Shown: in pieces, positions 1-12,196 of the stretch
How the letters are laid out: each line of letters opens with the position of its first letter
Position numbering within the stretch: the first letter of the stretch is position 1
Source of the DNA: an uncultured Phycisphaerales bacterium
Lineage (GTDB): Bacteria > Planctomycetota > Phycisphaerae > Tepidisphaerales > Tepidisphaeraceae
Reading direction: 5' to 3'
DNA length: 64,000 bases
Assembly (NCBI GenBank): GCA_963755915.1
Contig: CAVWLP010000002.1
Location: forward strand, 2,464,001-2,528,000
Notes under the pieces: model-generated
The model's input: only the letters and a program-made list of their open reading frames with translations
What the model was told of the DNA's origin: nothing
The model's database searches: none
Position numbers and translations under genes: made by a program

Positions 1-1305
1 GACGGCGGGGGGGCTGACGCCGGGGGTTCATGTGTTTACGGCCGCGATCAGCAGCGATAATCGGCTGCCGGTCGATGATGTCAGGTATCGGGTGGTGAAT
101 GTGGTGGGGCAGGTGAAGGTTTTGATCGTTGAGGGGGAACGGGGCGTCGGGGGGCAGGGATCGAGCGGAGCGTTTCTGGATGCGGCGCTGAATCCGAGCG
201 GGTTTGGGGCGGGGAGCGATGCCAAGTCACAGGGATATGTCGCGACGGAGCGGATCAGCGATCTGGAGCTGGATAACAAGGTGCTCTCGGATTACCGGTG
301 CATCTGCCTGTGCGGGGTGGGAGATATTCAGGAGGCGGAGGCGGGGGAGCTGGAGCAGTTTGTGAGGCAGGGGGGGACGCTGATGGTTTTCATGGGGGAC
401 CCGGTGACGGCGGAGAATTACAACGCGACGTTGTACAAGCATCATCTGCTGCCGGGGCCGTTGACCAAGCGGATCATGGTTTCGGGGGACCAGACGCCGC
501 GGCGGTTTGATTTTGATCCGCATCGGCCGCTGAATCGGCTGCTGGCGGATTTTCAGAACCAGGAAGACACGGGGATGGATACGGCGGAGATTTACAGTTA
601 CTGGCAGGTGGCGCTGCCGACGAATTCGACGGCGGAGCGGGTGCTGAATTTTCTGCCGCCGGATGGGGGCGAAGGGCAGCGGCGGAGGACCCGGCGATCA
701 CGGTGCATTCGGTGGGGCTGGGGCAGGTGGTTTTTTATGCGACGAGCGCGGACCCGAACGCGGAGTGGACGACGTTCATGCCGCACCCGGCATATCCGGC
801 GCTGATGCACATGCTGCTTCTCGGCACGACGAGCAGCGACGATGGATGGATGAACATGGAGGTGAACGATCGGCTGATGATTCCACCGAGCGTGCACATG
901 ACGGGAGAGCCGGTGCTGATGGATTCGAACCAGACGCAGTATCCGATGACGATGGAGACGGTGAGCGATCCGCAGTCGATTTATTTCGGGCAGGGGGCGT
1001 ATGCGAGCAAGCCGCTGACGGAGCCGGGGATTTATTCGCTTTCGACGGGTTCGGACAATTACAAGATTGCGGTGAATGTGCCGGCGGCCGAGGAGGCGGA
1101 TGTGCGGACGATCGGCGATGCGGAGGTAAAAAAGGCGATGGGGGACATCAACATGGAGATGCTGGGTGATTCGGTTCCGGCGCCCGTCGCAGAGGAGGAG
1201 CAGGGAAAGGACCTGGGGTGGGCGGTGATGGTTGGCGGTGTTTGTGCTGCTGGCGGTGGAATGTTTGATGGCGATGCAGTTTGGGCACCATCGCGGAGGA
1301 AATGA
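1..1305 (+). CDS. BatA/VWA-type membrane-anchored protein, C-terminal part (5' truncated by window; frameshifted)
   Basis: ORFs 32-805 and 703-1305 join. 'L..FV..GG.L.VF.G' glutamine-amidotransferase-like segment, 'W..F..HP.YP.L' motif and C-terminal TM followed by a basic tail. Position at the head of the typical planctomycete VWA cluster. Confidence 0.6.
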
Positions 1306-3787
1306 TTCGGCACATATCTGGAAATCATCCTGGGATTGCCGGCTGGATTTTTGAGCCGGGAGGGGCATTTGCGCTCCAGTTCAATCCGACCTGGCCGCTG
1401 CAGGAGTATGTGGGCGGGGCGGCGGTTTGGAATTTCATGCTGGCGGGCTGGCGGTGGGGCTGGTGGTTTATATCTATCGTCGCGAAGCGCGGACGCGGGG
1501 GATGCAGATTGCTGCTGGGAGGACTTCGGCTGGGGATTCTGGGGCTGGTGCTGATTCTGCTGAATCGGCCGGTGCTGACTCTGGGGCAGGCGCGGCGCGA
1601 GCCTTCGGTGCTGGCGATTTTATGGATGACAGTTTGAGCATGAAGGTGCCGGACGCGAAGACTGCGGATGGGCAAACCGAAAGGCCGGCTGGATGCGGCG
1701 ATTGATATGCTGACGAAGGGGGATGGGGAGATGCTGCGGAGGTTGGCGGCGGTGCATGATGTGCGTATTTACGATTTCAGCCGGGGGTCGAAGGAGGTCG
1801 CGAGCATCCCGGGGCCGGGGGATATGGGGAGCGGGCCGACGACACGGAGTCGATGAGGCGGTTGATGAGGCGGTTTCGCGGCTGGGGGATTTAAAGGCGG
1901 CGGGGAATGGGACGCAGGTGGTTTCGTCGGTGACGAATCGTATTGCAGGATTTGCAGGGCCAGCGGGTGGCGGGGGTGGTGGTGCTGACGGACGGGCGGG
2001 AGACGCCGAGCGAATCGCCGCCGGAGGCGGTGGCGGCGGTGAAATCATATGGGGTGAACATTTATCCGGTGGCGGTGGGGAGCGGACCAGATGCCGCGGA
2101 ATATCGCCGTTGCAGTCGGTGACGTTTGAAGACAGCGGCGTTCGTGGATGATTTTACGAATCTGCACGTGACGCTTCAGGCATCGGGGTATGAGGCGAAT
2201 CATCCGATGACGCTTCAGCTCATGCGGCAGAGACGGAGAACGGGCAGACGACGAATGTGCCGGTGCTGGATGATTCCGGGAGACGAAATGACCAAGACGG
2301 TGGATGCGGCGGATGGACAAGCCGTTCGAGGCGGACCTGGAGTTCAAGCCGACGGCGGCGGACATGCCCGTGGCGAATCTGGTGGTCGAGGCCAAGCCGC
2401 AGCCGGGGGAACTGGATACGGCGGACAATTTTCATCCGGCGCGGCTGGATGTCCTGGACAACAATATTTCGGTGCTGTACGTCGATGGGTATCCGCGCTG
2501 GGATTACCGATATCTGAAAAATAGTCTGCTGCGCGACAAGACGGTGAAGGTGAGTTGCCTGCTGACGAGCGCCGATCCGAATTTTCGGCAGGAGGGGAGC
2601 GACGATCCGAATCGGCCGCAATATCAGAACTCGTGGCGCATCACGGCGTTTCCGGAGACGATGGATCGGCTGATGGATTACGACGTGGTGATTATCGGCG
2701 ATGTCGATCCGCGGCAGTTCACGGATGCGCAGCTTGCAGATGATCGCGGATTTCGTGAGCAAGAAGGGGGGCGGGTTTGAGATGGTGGCGGGGCCGCGGT
2801 GGTCGCCGCAGGGGTATCGCAATACGCCGATCGAATCGGTGCTGCCGGTGATCATTACGCATGCGGAGACGGATGATGAGCGGCGAGCATCACGGAAGGG
2901 TTTCGGCCGGTGCTGACCCGGGCGGCGGCGAATTATCCGATTTTCCGGTTTTTCCCGGAATGGGCGGAAAACGAAGAAGTATGTGAGGAATCATTTGCAG
3001 GAGCTGTTCTGGTATTGCCGGGGGGTCATGGTGAAGCCGGGGGTGGGGATTACGCTGGCGGAGCATCCGACTGATCTGGGGCCGGACGGGCGGAAAGCGC
3101 CGATATCTGGTCGTCGGGACGTACGGGACGGGGCGGACGATTTTTTCGGCGATCGACGATTCGTGGCGATGGCGGTTTTATACCGGAGAGTCGATTTTCA
3201 ATACCTACTGGGTGCAGCAGCTCAGATATCTGGCGCGGGGCAGGAAGATCGGGCAGCAGGATGATGACGTTCACGGCCGACCGGGATGTGTATGAGCTGG
3301 GGGGGCAGGTGAATATTGAGCTGGAGCCGCTGTCGCCGGAATTGGTGCAGCAACTTTCCTCGCCGGTGAGCCGTCGAAATTGTCGAATGATGCCACGGGG
3401 CAGGCGGTGCGGCGGGTGGATTTGCAGAAGCAGGAATCGGGGAATGGCGCGTTACATCGGGTCCTTTACGGCAGACCAGACGGGACAGTTCGACGTGAAA
3501 TTGCCGCATTTGACGGATAACGATCCGGTAGCTGACGTTTAAGGTTGCCGAGCCGGACATGGAACTGCGTGAGCCGCAGGTGGATACGTCATTTTTGGCT
3601 CGGCTGGGGACGGAGGCGCCGATGACTCTATCTGAGGCGGCGGTGAAGTTGCCGGAGATACGGTCGGCGGCGAAGATTATCCCGATCGATACTACGCAGC
3701 CGCTTTGGGATGCTCCGGCGGTTTTGGTCTTTTTGTGGGACTAATTACGCTAGAATGGATTGTCGAAAGATTGTGGGATTGCTGTAG
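1302..3787 (+). CDS. VWA / glutamine amidotransferase-like (DUF1355-type) membrane protein (multiple frameshifts)
   Basis: N-terminal TMs, 'DDSLSM' MIDAS-like motif, 'VLYVDGYPRWDYRYLKNSLLRD', 'YDVVIIGDVDP' and C-terminal 'PLWD..' TM, spread over ORFs 1281-3744. Confidence 0.6.
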
Positions 3788-3814
3788 GGCAAGAGGGTAA
3801 GAAAGTAAGAAAGT

Positions 3815-6800
3815 GTGAATGTGCCGCCGACGGCATTGATACATACTCTTGAATCGCTGCGCCGGCGGGTGAGGGTGCTGAGCGTGCTGTACGGGGTGGG
3901 AATTGTCGTCGCGATTGGGGCGGGGTTGCTGCTGGGGACGGTGGTTCTGGATTATCTGCTGAATCTGCTGCCGGTGCCGCGGATTATTGTGATGGTGGCG
4001 GCGGTGGGCGTTTCTGGTGAAATTTTCTGGGGCGGTGGGTGGTTCGTCCGGCGATGAGCCGACTGAGGCTTTCGGATATGGCGGGGAAGCTGGAGCAGGC
4101 ATTTCCGGATTTTAAGGATCGGCTGCGGAGCAGCGTGGATTTTCTGACCAAGGGGAATCCCGGGTCGGAGATGATGAAGAAGCGGGTGGTCGTCGGAGGC
4201 GGCGGAGCTGGCGGGGAGATTTGATCTGAAGTCGGCGGTGCAGACAAGGCCGGTGTGGGAATCGTTTGCCGCTGGGGGCGGGGCGATTTTGATTTTGATT
4301 CTGCTGGGGGCACTGGCGGGGCCGGATTATTTTTCGCCGGCGATTTCGCGATTGATCTGGCCGTTTGAGAACCATCCCTGGCCGAAGCGGGTGGAGATCG
4401 CGATGGTGTCGGATTTGCCGGCGCGCGTGCCGGTGGGCCGGCCGGTGGACGTGCGGATTCGGCTGACGAAGGGGGACCGGGCATCGCGCGAGGCGCGGGT
4501 TTATTACCAGTATGGGGATGGCAGCGGTCGAGACGGAGATCATGACCCGCGGGGCGGATGGGGTTTATTCGGCGAGCCTCGACGCGCGTTGATGCGCCGG
4601 GTGGCAACGGGCAAGATGACGGTCTGGATCGAGGCGGGGGATGATGCGACGGAGCATAAAGCGATTGCGATCGTGCAGCGGTTGTCGGTGTCATCGGTGC
4701 AATTGATCGTGCACGCCGCCGCCTTATGTGCATGAGCCGGCCTCGCCGATGGCGTTTGATTCGACCCCGGCGACGGTGACGTATGGCTCGACGCTGCGAT
4801 GAAGCTGACGTTTAACAAGGAGTTGGATGCGGAGCGTCCGCCGGCGATTGCGCTGGGGGAGCAGGGTGGCACGCTGCCGCCGATCGCGTGGGAATCGGCG
4901 ATGGGGAATACGGTCAGCGGGCAGTGGTTGCGCGGGACTCGACGTCTGTTTCAGGTGCGGGCGTTTGATGAGGATGGGTTCAGCCAACGATGACGGGACC
5001 GAGTACCAGGTGATCGTGCGGCCGGACCAGATGCCGTCGGTGCAGATTACGAAGCCGGCGCGGAACGAGGAGTGCACGCCGCAGGCGGTGGTGCCGCTGC
5101 GGGCGGTGGCGGAGGATGATTATGCGATTAAGTCGCTGAGGCTCGTGGTGGATAAGGTGGGGGGAGTAAGCCGGTGCGGCTGTCTAGCACGGATTTGATT
5201 GTGGACGGGAGTCCGACGAGCGCGGCCGTGGGATGGGCGCGGCTGGAGTCGGCGGGGGATCGGCGGCGGTGGCAGTTCGATTTTCCGTGGGATCTGGCGC
5301 AGATCAAGGCGAATCCGGCGCTGAAGCCGGGGGATGTGATCGAGTATCACCTTGAAGTTCAGGATAACTTTGATTTTGAGGGGAAGACGCATGAGGCGGT
5401 TTTGAGCGGAAAATATCGAATCACCCTCATGAGCCAGGAGCAGTTTTCGACGCTGATGCAGGATCTGGTCGGGCAGGTGAGGGAGAGATGAAGGATATTC
5501 GCAACAGCCAGAAGAGTTTGAAGGCGGAGACGGAGGATTTGCAGCATCAGACGCAAGGCGAGCCGCAGTTCACCCGCGCGGACAAGGAGCAGGGGCAGGG
5601 GATCGTGGCGCGGCAGGCGACGGCGGCATCGCAGGCCAAGCAGGCGGCGGGGAAGATGGACGAGCTGCTGGCGCGGATGCAGGAGAATCAAATCGACCGC
5701 GCAGGACCTGATGCAGACGGCGGCGAGCGTGCGGGATGATCTGAATCAGGTCGCGGAGCATCCGATGAAGGATGCGGCGGGGCAGATCGATGATGCACGA
5801 AATTCGGATCAGAAGCCGGATGTGCGAAACCAGGAGCTGACGGCGGCGCAGGGGAATCAGCAGGATGCGGCGGATCGGCTCGACCAGATGATCGGGAAAA
5901 TGGGGGATGCGGGGAGCTTGTCGCAGACGATTGATCAATTGAAGAAGCATTCTGGAAGCAACAGCAGCAGGTGAGCCAGAAGAGCAATGATATGGGGCTG
6001 AAGAATCTGGGCAAGACGCCGGACCAGATGGATCCGAACGATCAGAAAGCGCAGCAGCAGAATGCCGATGCGCAGGCTTCGCTGGCGGATAAGACCGACA
6101 AGACGATGGACCAGATGCAGCAGTCGTCGCAGCAGCTTTCGAAGAGCGATCCAGCGGCTTCGCAGGCAATGCAGCAGGCGGCGCAGATGGGGCAGCAGCA
6201 GAATGTGGCAGCCCAGATGCGGGCGAGCGCCGATGCGCAGCGGCAGAACCAGCAGTCGCAGGCGCAGCAGGCCCAGGCGCAGGCGGAACTGGGGTTGCAG
6301 ACGATGATCCATCAGCTTGAGGAGGCGCAGCGGCAGCAGCTTGAAGAGCTGGCGCGGCAAGCTGGCGGATATGCAGCAGCAGATCGCGAATCTGCTCCGG
6401 CAGCAGGGGGGATTGAATTATGACAACATGGCGCTGCAGGGGACGCAATTTTGAAGAAGGCGGATCAGAAGGTGTTGGATCATCTGTTGGAATTGGCGGA
6501 GCGGACGAAGGACCATCTTCCGCCAACGCCTGATCTGGATACGCAGACGCGGCTTCAGCAGCAGACGGAGCGGAATTCGCGCGGCGTGTCGAAGACAGCG
6601 GAGTCGCTGCCGGATTCGGCCGAACTCGTCGCGGATTTGGATCGGGCGGCGGACCGGATGGGGCGGGCGATCATATCGCTGCGCGATGACAACGGGACAG
6701 ATGCGCAGAACCTGGCGTCGGCGTATGATCCGCCGCAGGTGGAGGCGCTGGCGGCGCTGGAGCAGGCGAAGACGATCATCGATCAGCAGTCGGAGCAGGC

Positions 6801-8060
6801 GAACCAGAAAATGCAGGATCAGCAGCAAAGAGGCGATCAAGGCAGCGTATCAGAAGATGCTGGAGGCGCAGAAGAAGATCGATGCCGATACGGTGGCGAT
6901 CGCCAAGGCCCCGCGCGGGGATGACGGGCAGCTTGGGCATCGGGAGGAGATCCTTCTGGATCAGCTTCCGCCGCAGCAGGGCGCGCTGGCGGAAACCGCG
7001 GTGAAGCTGGAGAGACGACTGGAGAAGCTGGACAGCATCGTTTACGTGTGGGCGAATCAGGACATTGTCGATTCGATGAACGAGGTGAAGGGGGACCTTG
7101 CCAAGCCGCAGACGGATGAGGTGACGCAGGCGCAGCAGACGCGGATTGAGGATCAGATTCAGGCGATGATCGATAGTTTGTCGGTGAAGCCGAAACAGAT
7201 TCCGTTTGCGAACAAATCAAACGGTGGCGGCGGCAGCGGCGGGAAAGGCGGACAGAAGGCGCCCACGCTGCCAACGGAGGCGGAGATGCGGCTGGAGAAG
7301 GCGCTTGCAGCAGGCGGTGAACAAGGCGACTGTGACGATCAGCAACAGCCAGGGCGATCATTCGAGCGATCTGGATTCGCTGGGCAAACGGCAGGAAGAG
7401 TTGCGGGGGCTGCTGGATAAGCTGGTGCAGAAATCGAGCAATGGGCAGGTGAAGCTTGGGCCGGAGCCGGACCCGAAGGATAAATTGCCGGAGGAGGCGT
7501 CGAGCGATCAGGTTGACGATCAGGAGCTGACGCAGAATTTATTGCAGGGGGATGGGTCGCCCAATCCGGACAAGATGAAGGATGATCTGAACCTGGTGGG
7601 TCAGCGGATGGGCCGGTCGCGGGAGCGGCTGGGGATGGATCATGATCCGGGGAAGGTGACGCAGGATATTCAGAGCCGGATTCTCAAGGGGATGGATGAT
7701 CTGATTGACATGTCGCGGGAGCAGGAGGCGGAGAGTAAGACGCAGCAGCCGAGCGGGCAGGGGAACCAGGCGCAGCCGGCGGACGCGCAGGCGAACGCGA
7801 ATCCGCAGAACAGCAAACAGAGCGGACAGCAGCAGAGGGCGAATGGGACGACGCCGGCGCAGCAAAGCACGCCGGGGCATGATGTGGATACGACGGGGAC
7901 ACCGACGACGGATATCACGCAGAGTTTGAAGGAGTGGGGCAGCATTTCGCCGCGGCGGAGGGCGGCGGTGATCGAGGCGCAGAGCGAGAAGGCGGTGCAG
8001 AAGTTTAAGGAGTATATTGACGGGTATTACCAGGCGCTGGGGAATCGGCAGAGCCAGTGA
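3815..8060 (+). CDS. DUF4175-like large membrane protein with Gln-rich coiled coil (multiple frameshifts)
   Basis: N-terminal TMs, Ig-like 'D..P.V.I..P ... AEDDY.I' segment, long Q-rich helical region and C-terminal 'WG.I.PR.R ... Y...I..YY.AL'. Confidence 0.6.
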
Positions 8061-8066
8061 GAAGGT

Positions 8067-9168
8067 GTGAAAGTGCGAAAGTGTGAAAGTGTGAAGGTGC
8101 AAAGATTGAAAGGCATCTTCGCGCTCTCCCGGTTAATGATCCTGGCGATGGTGCTGGCGACGGGGAAGGGGGCTTTTGCGGATCAGGCGGCGGCGCCTTC
8201 GGATAAGCCTTCCTTGAATGAAATCACGCCGGAGCAGCAGTCGGCCGTGGCGAAGGGGCTGGAGTATCTGGCGTCGCGGCAGAATGCGGAGGGGTCGTTT
8301 GGGAATTCGGGGGCCTATGGAGCGACGGCGGCGATTACCGCGCTTTCGGGGATCGCATTTATGGCGGATGGAAATCTGCCGGGGAGGGGGAAATATGGGG
8401 ATAATGTCCGCAAAGCGGTGGAATTTCATCTGCCGAAATCAGCAGGAATCGGGGCTGTTTACGACTAGCGCGTCGCAGGGGGAGATGTATTCGCACGGGT
8501 TTGCGACGCTGTTTATCGGCGAAGTCTATGGGATGACGGGGGATGATGAGATCAAGGAGAATCTGCAGAAGGCGGTGAGGCTGATCGAGCGGTGCCAGAA
8601 TTCGGAAGGCGGCTGGCGATATCAGCCGCTGCCGGTGGATGCGGATATTTCGGTGACGATCTGCCAGATCATGGCGCTGAGGTCGGCGCGGGACGCGGGA
8701 ATCAAGACAGATGCGGGGGTGATGGATCAGGCGCTGGCGTATGTGAAGCGGTGCCAGAATTCGGACGGCGGGATTCAGCTACCAGGCGACGGGCGGCGAG
8801 AGCGGGTTTGCCCGGACGGCCGCGGGGACGGCGTCGCTCTATTACGCCGGGATGTTTCAGGACAACGCGGTGACGCGAGGGCTGGATTATCTATCGCGGT
8901 TTGTCCCCGGCAGAATGAGATGGACGAGCAGGGGCATTTTTTTTACGGGCAGTATTACGCCGTGCAGGCGATGTTTCTGGCGGGGGGGAAATACTGGCAA
9001 GACTGGTATCCGGCGATCCGCGATTTGCTCATCGCCCAGCAGAACCAAGCTTCGGGCGATTGGGAGGGGGAGGTTGATCCGGATTATTGCACGGCGATGG
9101 CGCTGATTATTTTGCAGATGCCGAACCGGTATCTGCCGGTGTTTAATGGAAAGGGGCCGGGGAGTTGA
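8067..9168 (+). CDS. Prenyltransferase/squalene-oxidase repeat protein (frameshifted)
   Basis: Repeated 'L...Q..DG.W/F' QW-like motifs, 'MYSHGFATL', 'GGWRY.P', 'FFYGQYYAVQAMF.AGG..W'. Confidence 0.8.
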
Positions 9169-10349
9169 AGGGTGGTTTGGTGGCAAAGCTTGCAGGGGCG
9201 GTTGTTTTTTCCCTTCTCCTGGTCGCGAGATGCGGGGCGGCGATCTGGAATTTGACGGATGCGGAATTTCGGTCCACCTCCGTGCAGATTGATTCGATCG
9301 ATTCCAGCGGCGTGCACTGGCGGGCGGGACGGCGCCGTGGGATGATGTGTTGGAGATCTGCGCAGCGCGGCAGCGGAGCCGGACATCAGCGGGAAATTGA
9401 ATTTGTGTTTTCGGTCGGGCGATCGGATTTCAGGGGAGGCGGTTTCGTTTGACGGGGATAACCTGCAATGGAACGCAACCGCGCTGGGGAAGGTGGGGTT
9501 TTCGGTCGATTCGGTCGCGGGGATCGTGAGGACGGGATATTCGGCGGATGATATCGATGAGCCGCGGACGGATGACGTGGTGCGGCTGGCGAATGGAGAC
9601 ACCACGCATGGGATTATGACGCAGATGAACGGGGACGGGGTGACGATCCAGACCGGGGACGCGACGCCGACGCTGCCGTGGGATTCGGTCAGTGCGGTGC
9701 TTTTCTCGACGCGCCAGGGAATACTGGCCTCGGAGACGGCGGGGGTTTCGGGTGCGGATGGCGGATGGGGAATCATTGATGCCGCAGGGTGTGCAGCTGT
9801 CAGGGGGATCAGGTGACGATTATTCTTGCTGACAAGACGCACAAGGCAGATCGATGCCTCGGCAGGTCGTGGAGATCGAGCAGCTCAATGGCCCGATCGC
9901 GTGGCTGACCTCGCGGCGGCCCATCGAGAATATTTACAAGCCGATGTTTTCGGAGAATTTTCCAGCGCGGATTGACCGGACAGTCGCGGACGGCAGGCCG
10001 AATTCCAGAAAGGTTTCCGGGATTTCGTCATGGGATCGGGTGCCATTCCTATTCAAAGCTGACATATGAGCTCGGCGGCAAATGGGCGGGGTTTCGGACG
10101 CAGTTTGCGGTCGATTCGGATTCGCCGCTGGCGGATGTGACAGTGCGGATTTACCTGGATGACAAGGTGGTCTTCGAGCAGAAGAACGTGAAGGCGGGAC
10201 GGATCTGATCGCGTGTGACGATCCCGCTTTCCGGGGCGAAGAGGATGTCGCTGGAAGTGGATTATGGGGCGAACTACGCGACGGAGGGGAGATTTGTGTG
10301 GCTGGACCCGGCGTTTGTGAAGAAACTGGCGGCGACGACTTCGCCATAA
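9165..10349 (+). CDS. NPCBM/NEW2 domain secreted protein (frameshifted)
   Basis: Signal peptide and C-terminal 'HGIGCHSYSKLTYEL.G....F......D ... L.VDYG'. Confidence 0.65.
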
Positions 10350-10364
10350 TCCTAAGAACTGACT

Positions 10365-10450
10365 CACCGCAGAGCTCGCAGAGAGCGCTGAGAAATATGT
10401 AGAGATGTTTATCTCCGCGCTCTCAGCGGTCTCTAGCGAAGCGGGCGTTA
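10365..10450. repeat. REP-like palindrome, CGCAGAG/CTCTGCG family
   Basis: caccgcagagctcgcagagagcgctgag ... ctccgcgctctcagcggtctc; similar to copies at 31971, 35383, 48388 and 54943. Confidence 0.65.
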
Positions 10451-10490
10451 AGATTCTTTATGCGCGTGGGGTGGGGACTGAGTCCTGGGG

Positions 10491-10531
10491 AAAAATAAAA
10501 AGAGGCCGGTGCTCGCCGTTACACCGGCCTC
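10491..10531 (-). terminator. Intrinsic terminator (minus strand)
   Basis: Perfect 10-bp stem gaggccggtg/caccggcctc followed on the minus strand by a U-tract (plus-strand aaaaataaaaa). Confidence 0.75.
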
Positions 10532-10578
10532 CTCAATCAGGCTGCCCGACCAATTTAAGGTCGGAGACCCACAGCCTA
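10491..10578 (-). ncRNA. Candidate ~90-nt sRNA, divergent from carA
   Basis: Two hairpins (aggctg..ccgacc/ggtcgg..cagcct, then terminator), no ORF, and a sigma28-like TGAAG-N16-ACCGATAA just upstream. Confidence 0.4.
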
Positions 10579-10704
10579 GCGTTATTATCGGTGAATTGAG
10601 TGGAAGAACTTCAATTTATGGGGATCAGGTAAAGGAAATGTGATTGCGCGGCGGCCTTGCGCTGCGGATTGGGAATCTCTATAATCCCGCGGCGATGAGA
10701 TTCA

Positions 10705-11881
10705 ATGAATCACAAATCTGTGGCCAAGCTGGCTCTGGAGGATGGAACTGTCTTTACCGGCCGGGCGTTTGGGGCCGCGGGGACCTCGCGAGGGGGAGGT
10801 GGTTTTCAATACCTCGATGACGGGGTATCAGGAGATCCTGACGGATCCCTCCTACAAGGGGCAGATCGTCACGATGACGTATCCGCTGATCGGGAACTAT
10901 GGGGTGAACCGCGCGGGACGTGGAGAGCCGGCAAGCCGCATGTGGCGGGGTTTGTTGTCAAGGAATTGTCGCCAGGTGTATTCGAATTATCGGGCGGATT
11001 TGTCGCTGGATGAATATCTGGATGAATAACGGGATCATCGGGATCGAAGGGATCGATACGCGGGCGCTGACCCGCCGGCTGCGGATCGGCGGGGCGATGC
11101 GGGGATTCTGAGCACCGAGATTCTCGACGATGCGAAACTGGTGGAGCGCGGCACGGAAATCCGCGGCGATGGAGGGGGCGGATTGGGTGCAGGCGGTGAA
11201 GCCGGAGGCACAGTACGAATGGGATGAGGACCAGGGAGACTGGGGGCTGGGGAAAGTCGAGCGCGGCGAGGGGCTGCACGTGGTGGCGCTGGACTGCGGG
11301 CGAAGGAGAATATTCTGCGGAATTTCACCGAGCGCGGGATCAAGCGTGACGGTGCTGCCGCCCGATGTGACGACGGAGGAAATTCTCAAGCATCGGCCGG
11401 ATGGGTTGTTTGTGAGCAACGGGCCTGGGGATCCGGCGGTTTTGGATTATGCGGTGAAGCCGATCGAAGGGGCGCTGGGGAAGGTGCCGATTTTCGGGAT
11501 TTGCCTGGGGCATCAATTGCTGGGGCGGGCGATCGGGGCGACGACTTATAAATTGAAGTTCGGGCATCGGGGGGGGAATCAGCCGGTGAAGAATCTGGAT
11601 ACGGGGCGGATTGAGATCACCAGCCAGAATCATGGGTTTGCGGTGGATCGGAAATCGCTGGAAGCGCACGGGGGGTGGTGACGCATGTCAATCTGAACGA
11701 TCAGACGGTGGAGGGGTTTCGGCATAAGACGCTGCCGATGTTTTGCGTGCAGTACCATCCGGAGGCGAGCCCGGGTCCGCATGATGCGGCGTATTTGTTT
11801 GATGCATTCGTCGAGATGATGCGGACGAAGAAGCCGGTGACGGGGGAGAGGCTGAGGGAATTGCAGAAGATTAGGGATTGA
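10705..11881 (+). CDS. carA: Carbamoyl-phosphate synthase small subunit (frameshifted)
   Basis: '[21 protein letters not shown]', 'SNGPGDP', 'FGICLGHQ', '[10 protein letters not shown]', '[13 protein letters not shown]'. Confidence 0.97.
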
Positions 11882-11886
11882 GGGGA

Positions 11887-11917
11887 AATTCGAAACTCGA
11901 AACTCGAAATTCGAAAT
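11887..11917. repeat. Heptamer tandem repeat (TCGAAAC/T)n
   Basis: aattcgaaactcgaaactcgaaattcgaaat between convergent genes. Confidence 0.7.
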
Positions 11918-11935
11918 ATCAGCGGGGAACACGAT

Positions 11936-12165
11936 TTATCTGACGCTGAAGCGTTGGCGGAATTCTTCCAGGCTGGCGATGCCGGCGGGGAGTTGGGCTT
12001 CTTCGGCCAATAACACCGGGATTCCGTTGCGGATGGGGTAGCGGAGGCCGCCGACTTCGGCGACTAGGCAGCCTTGCTGGAGGTGGAGCTTGCTGCGGGT
12101 GACGGGGCAGCGCAGAATGCGAGAATTTGTTCGTCGATGACTTGCGGAGTGGACGGCTCGTTCAT
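11936..12165 (-). CDS. Trm112 family protein (one frameshift; absent from ORF track)
   Basis: Manual translation gives '...ILRCPVTRSKLHLQQGCLVAEVGGLRYPIRNGIPVLLAEEA...'. Confidence 0.8.
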
Positions 12166-12196
12166 TGGGCGCTGAGTATAGGGAGCGGTCGTCAGT

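Noticed and set aside
10540-10600. c-di-GMP-I riboswitch
   Set aside because: Only the GGGTCT/GCAGCC portion resembles it; the GGCAAA-GAAA-GACGCAAA part and a downstream gene are missing.
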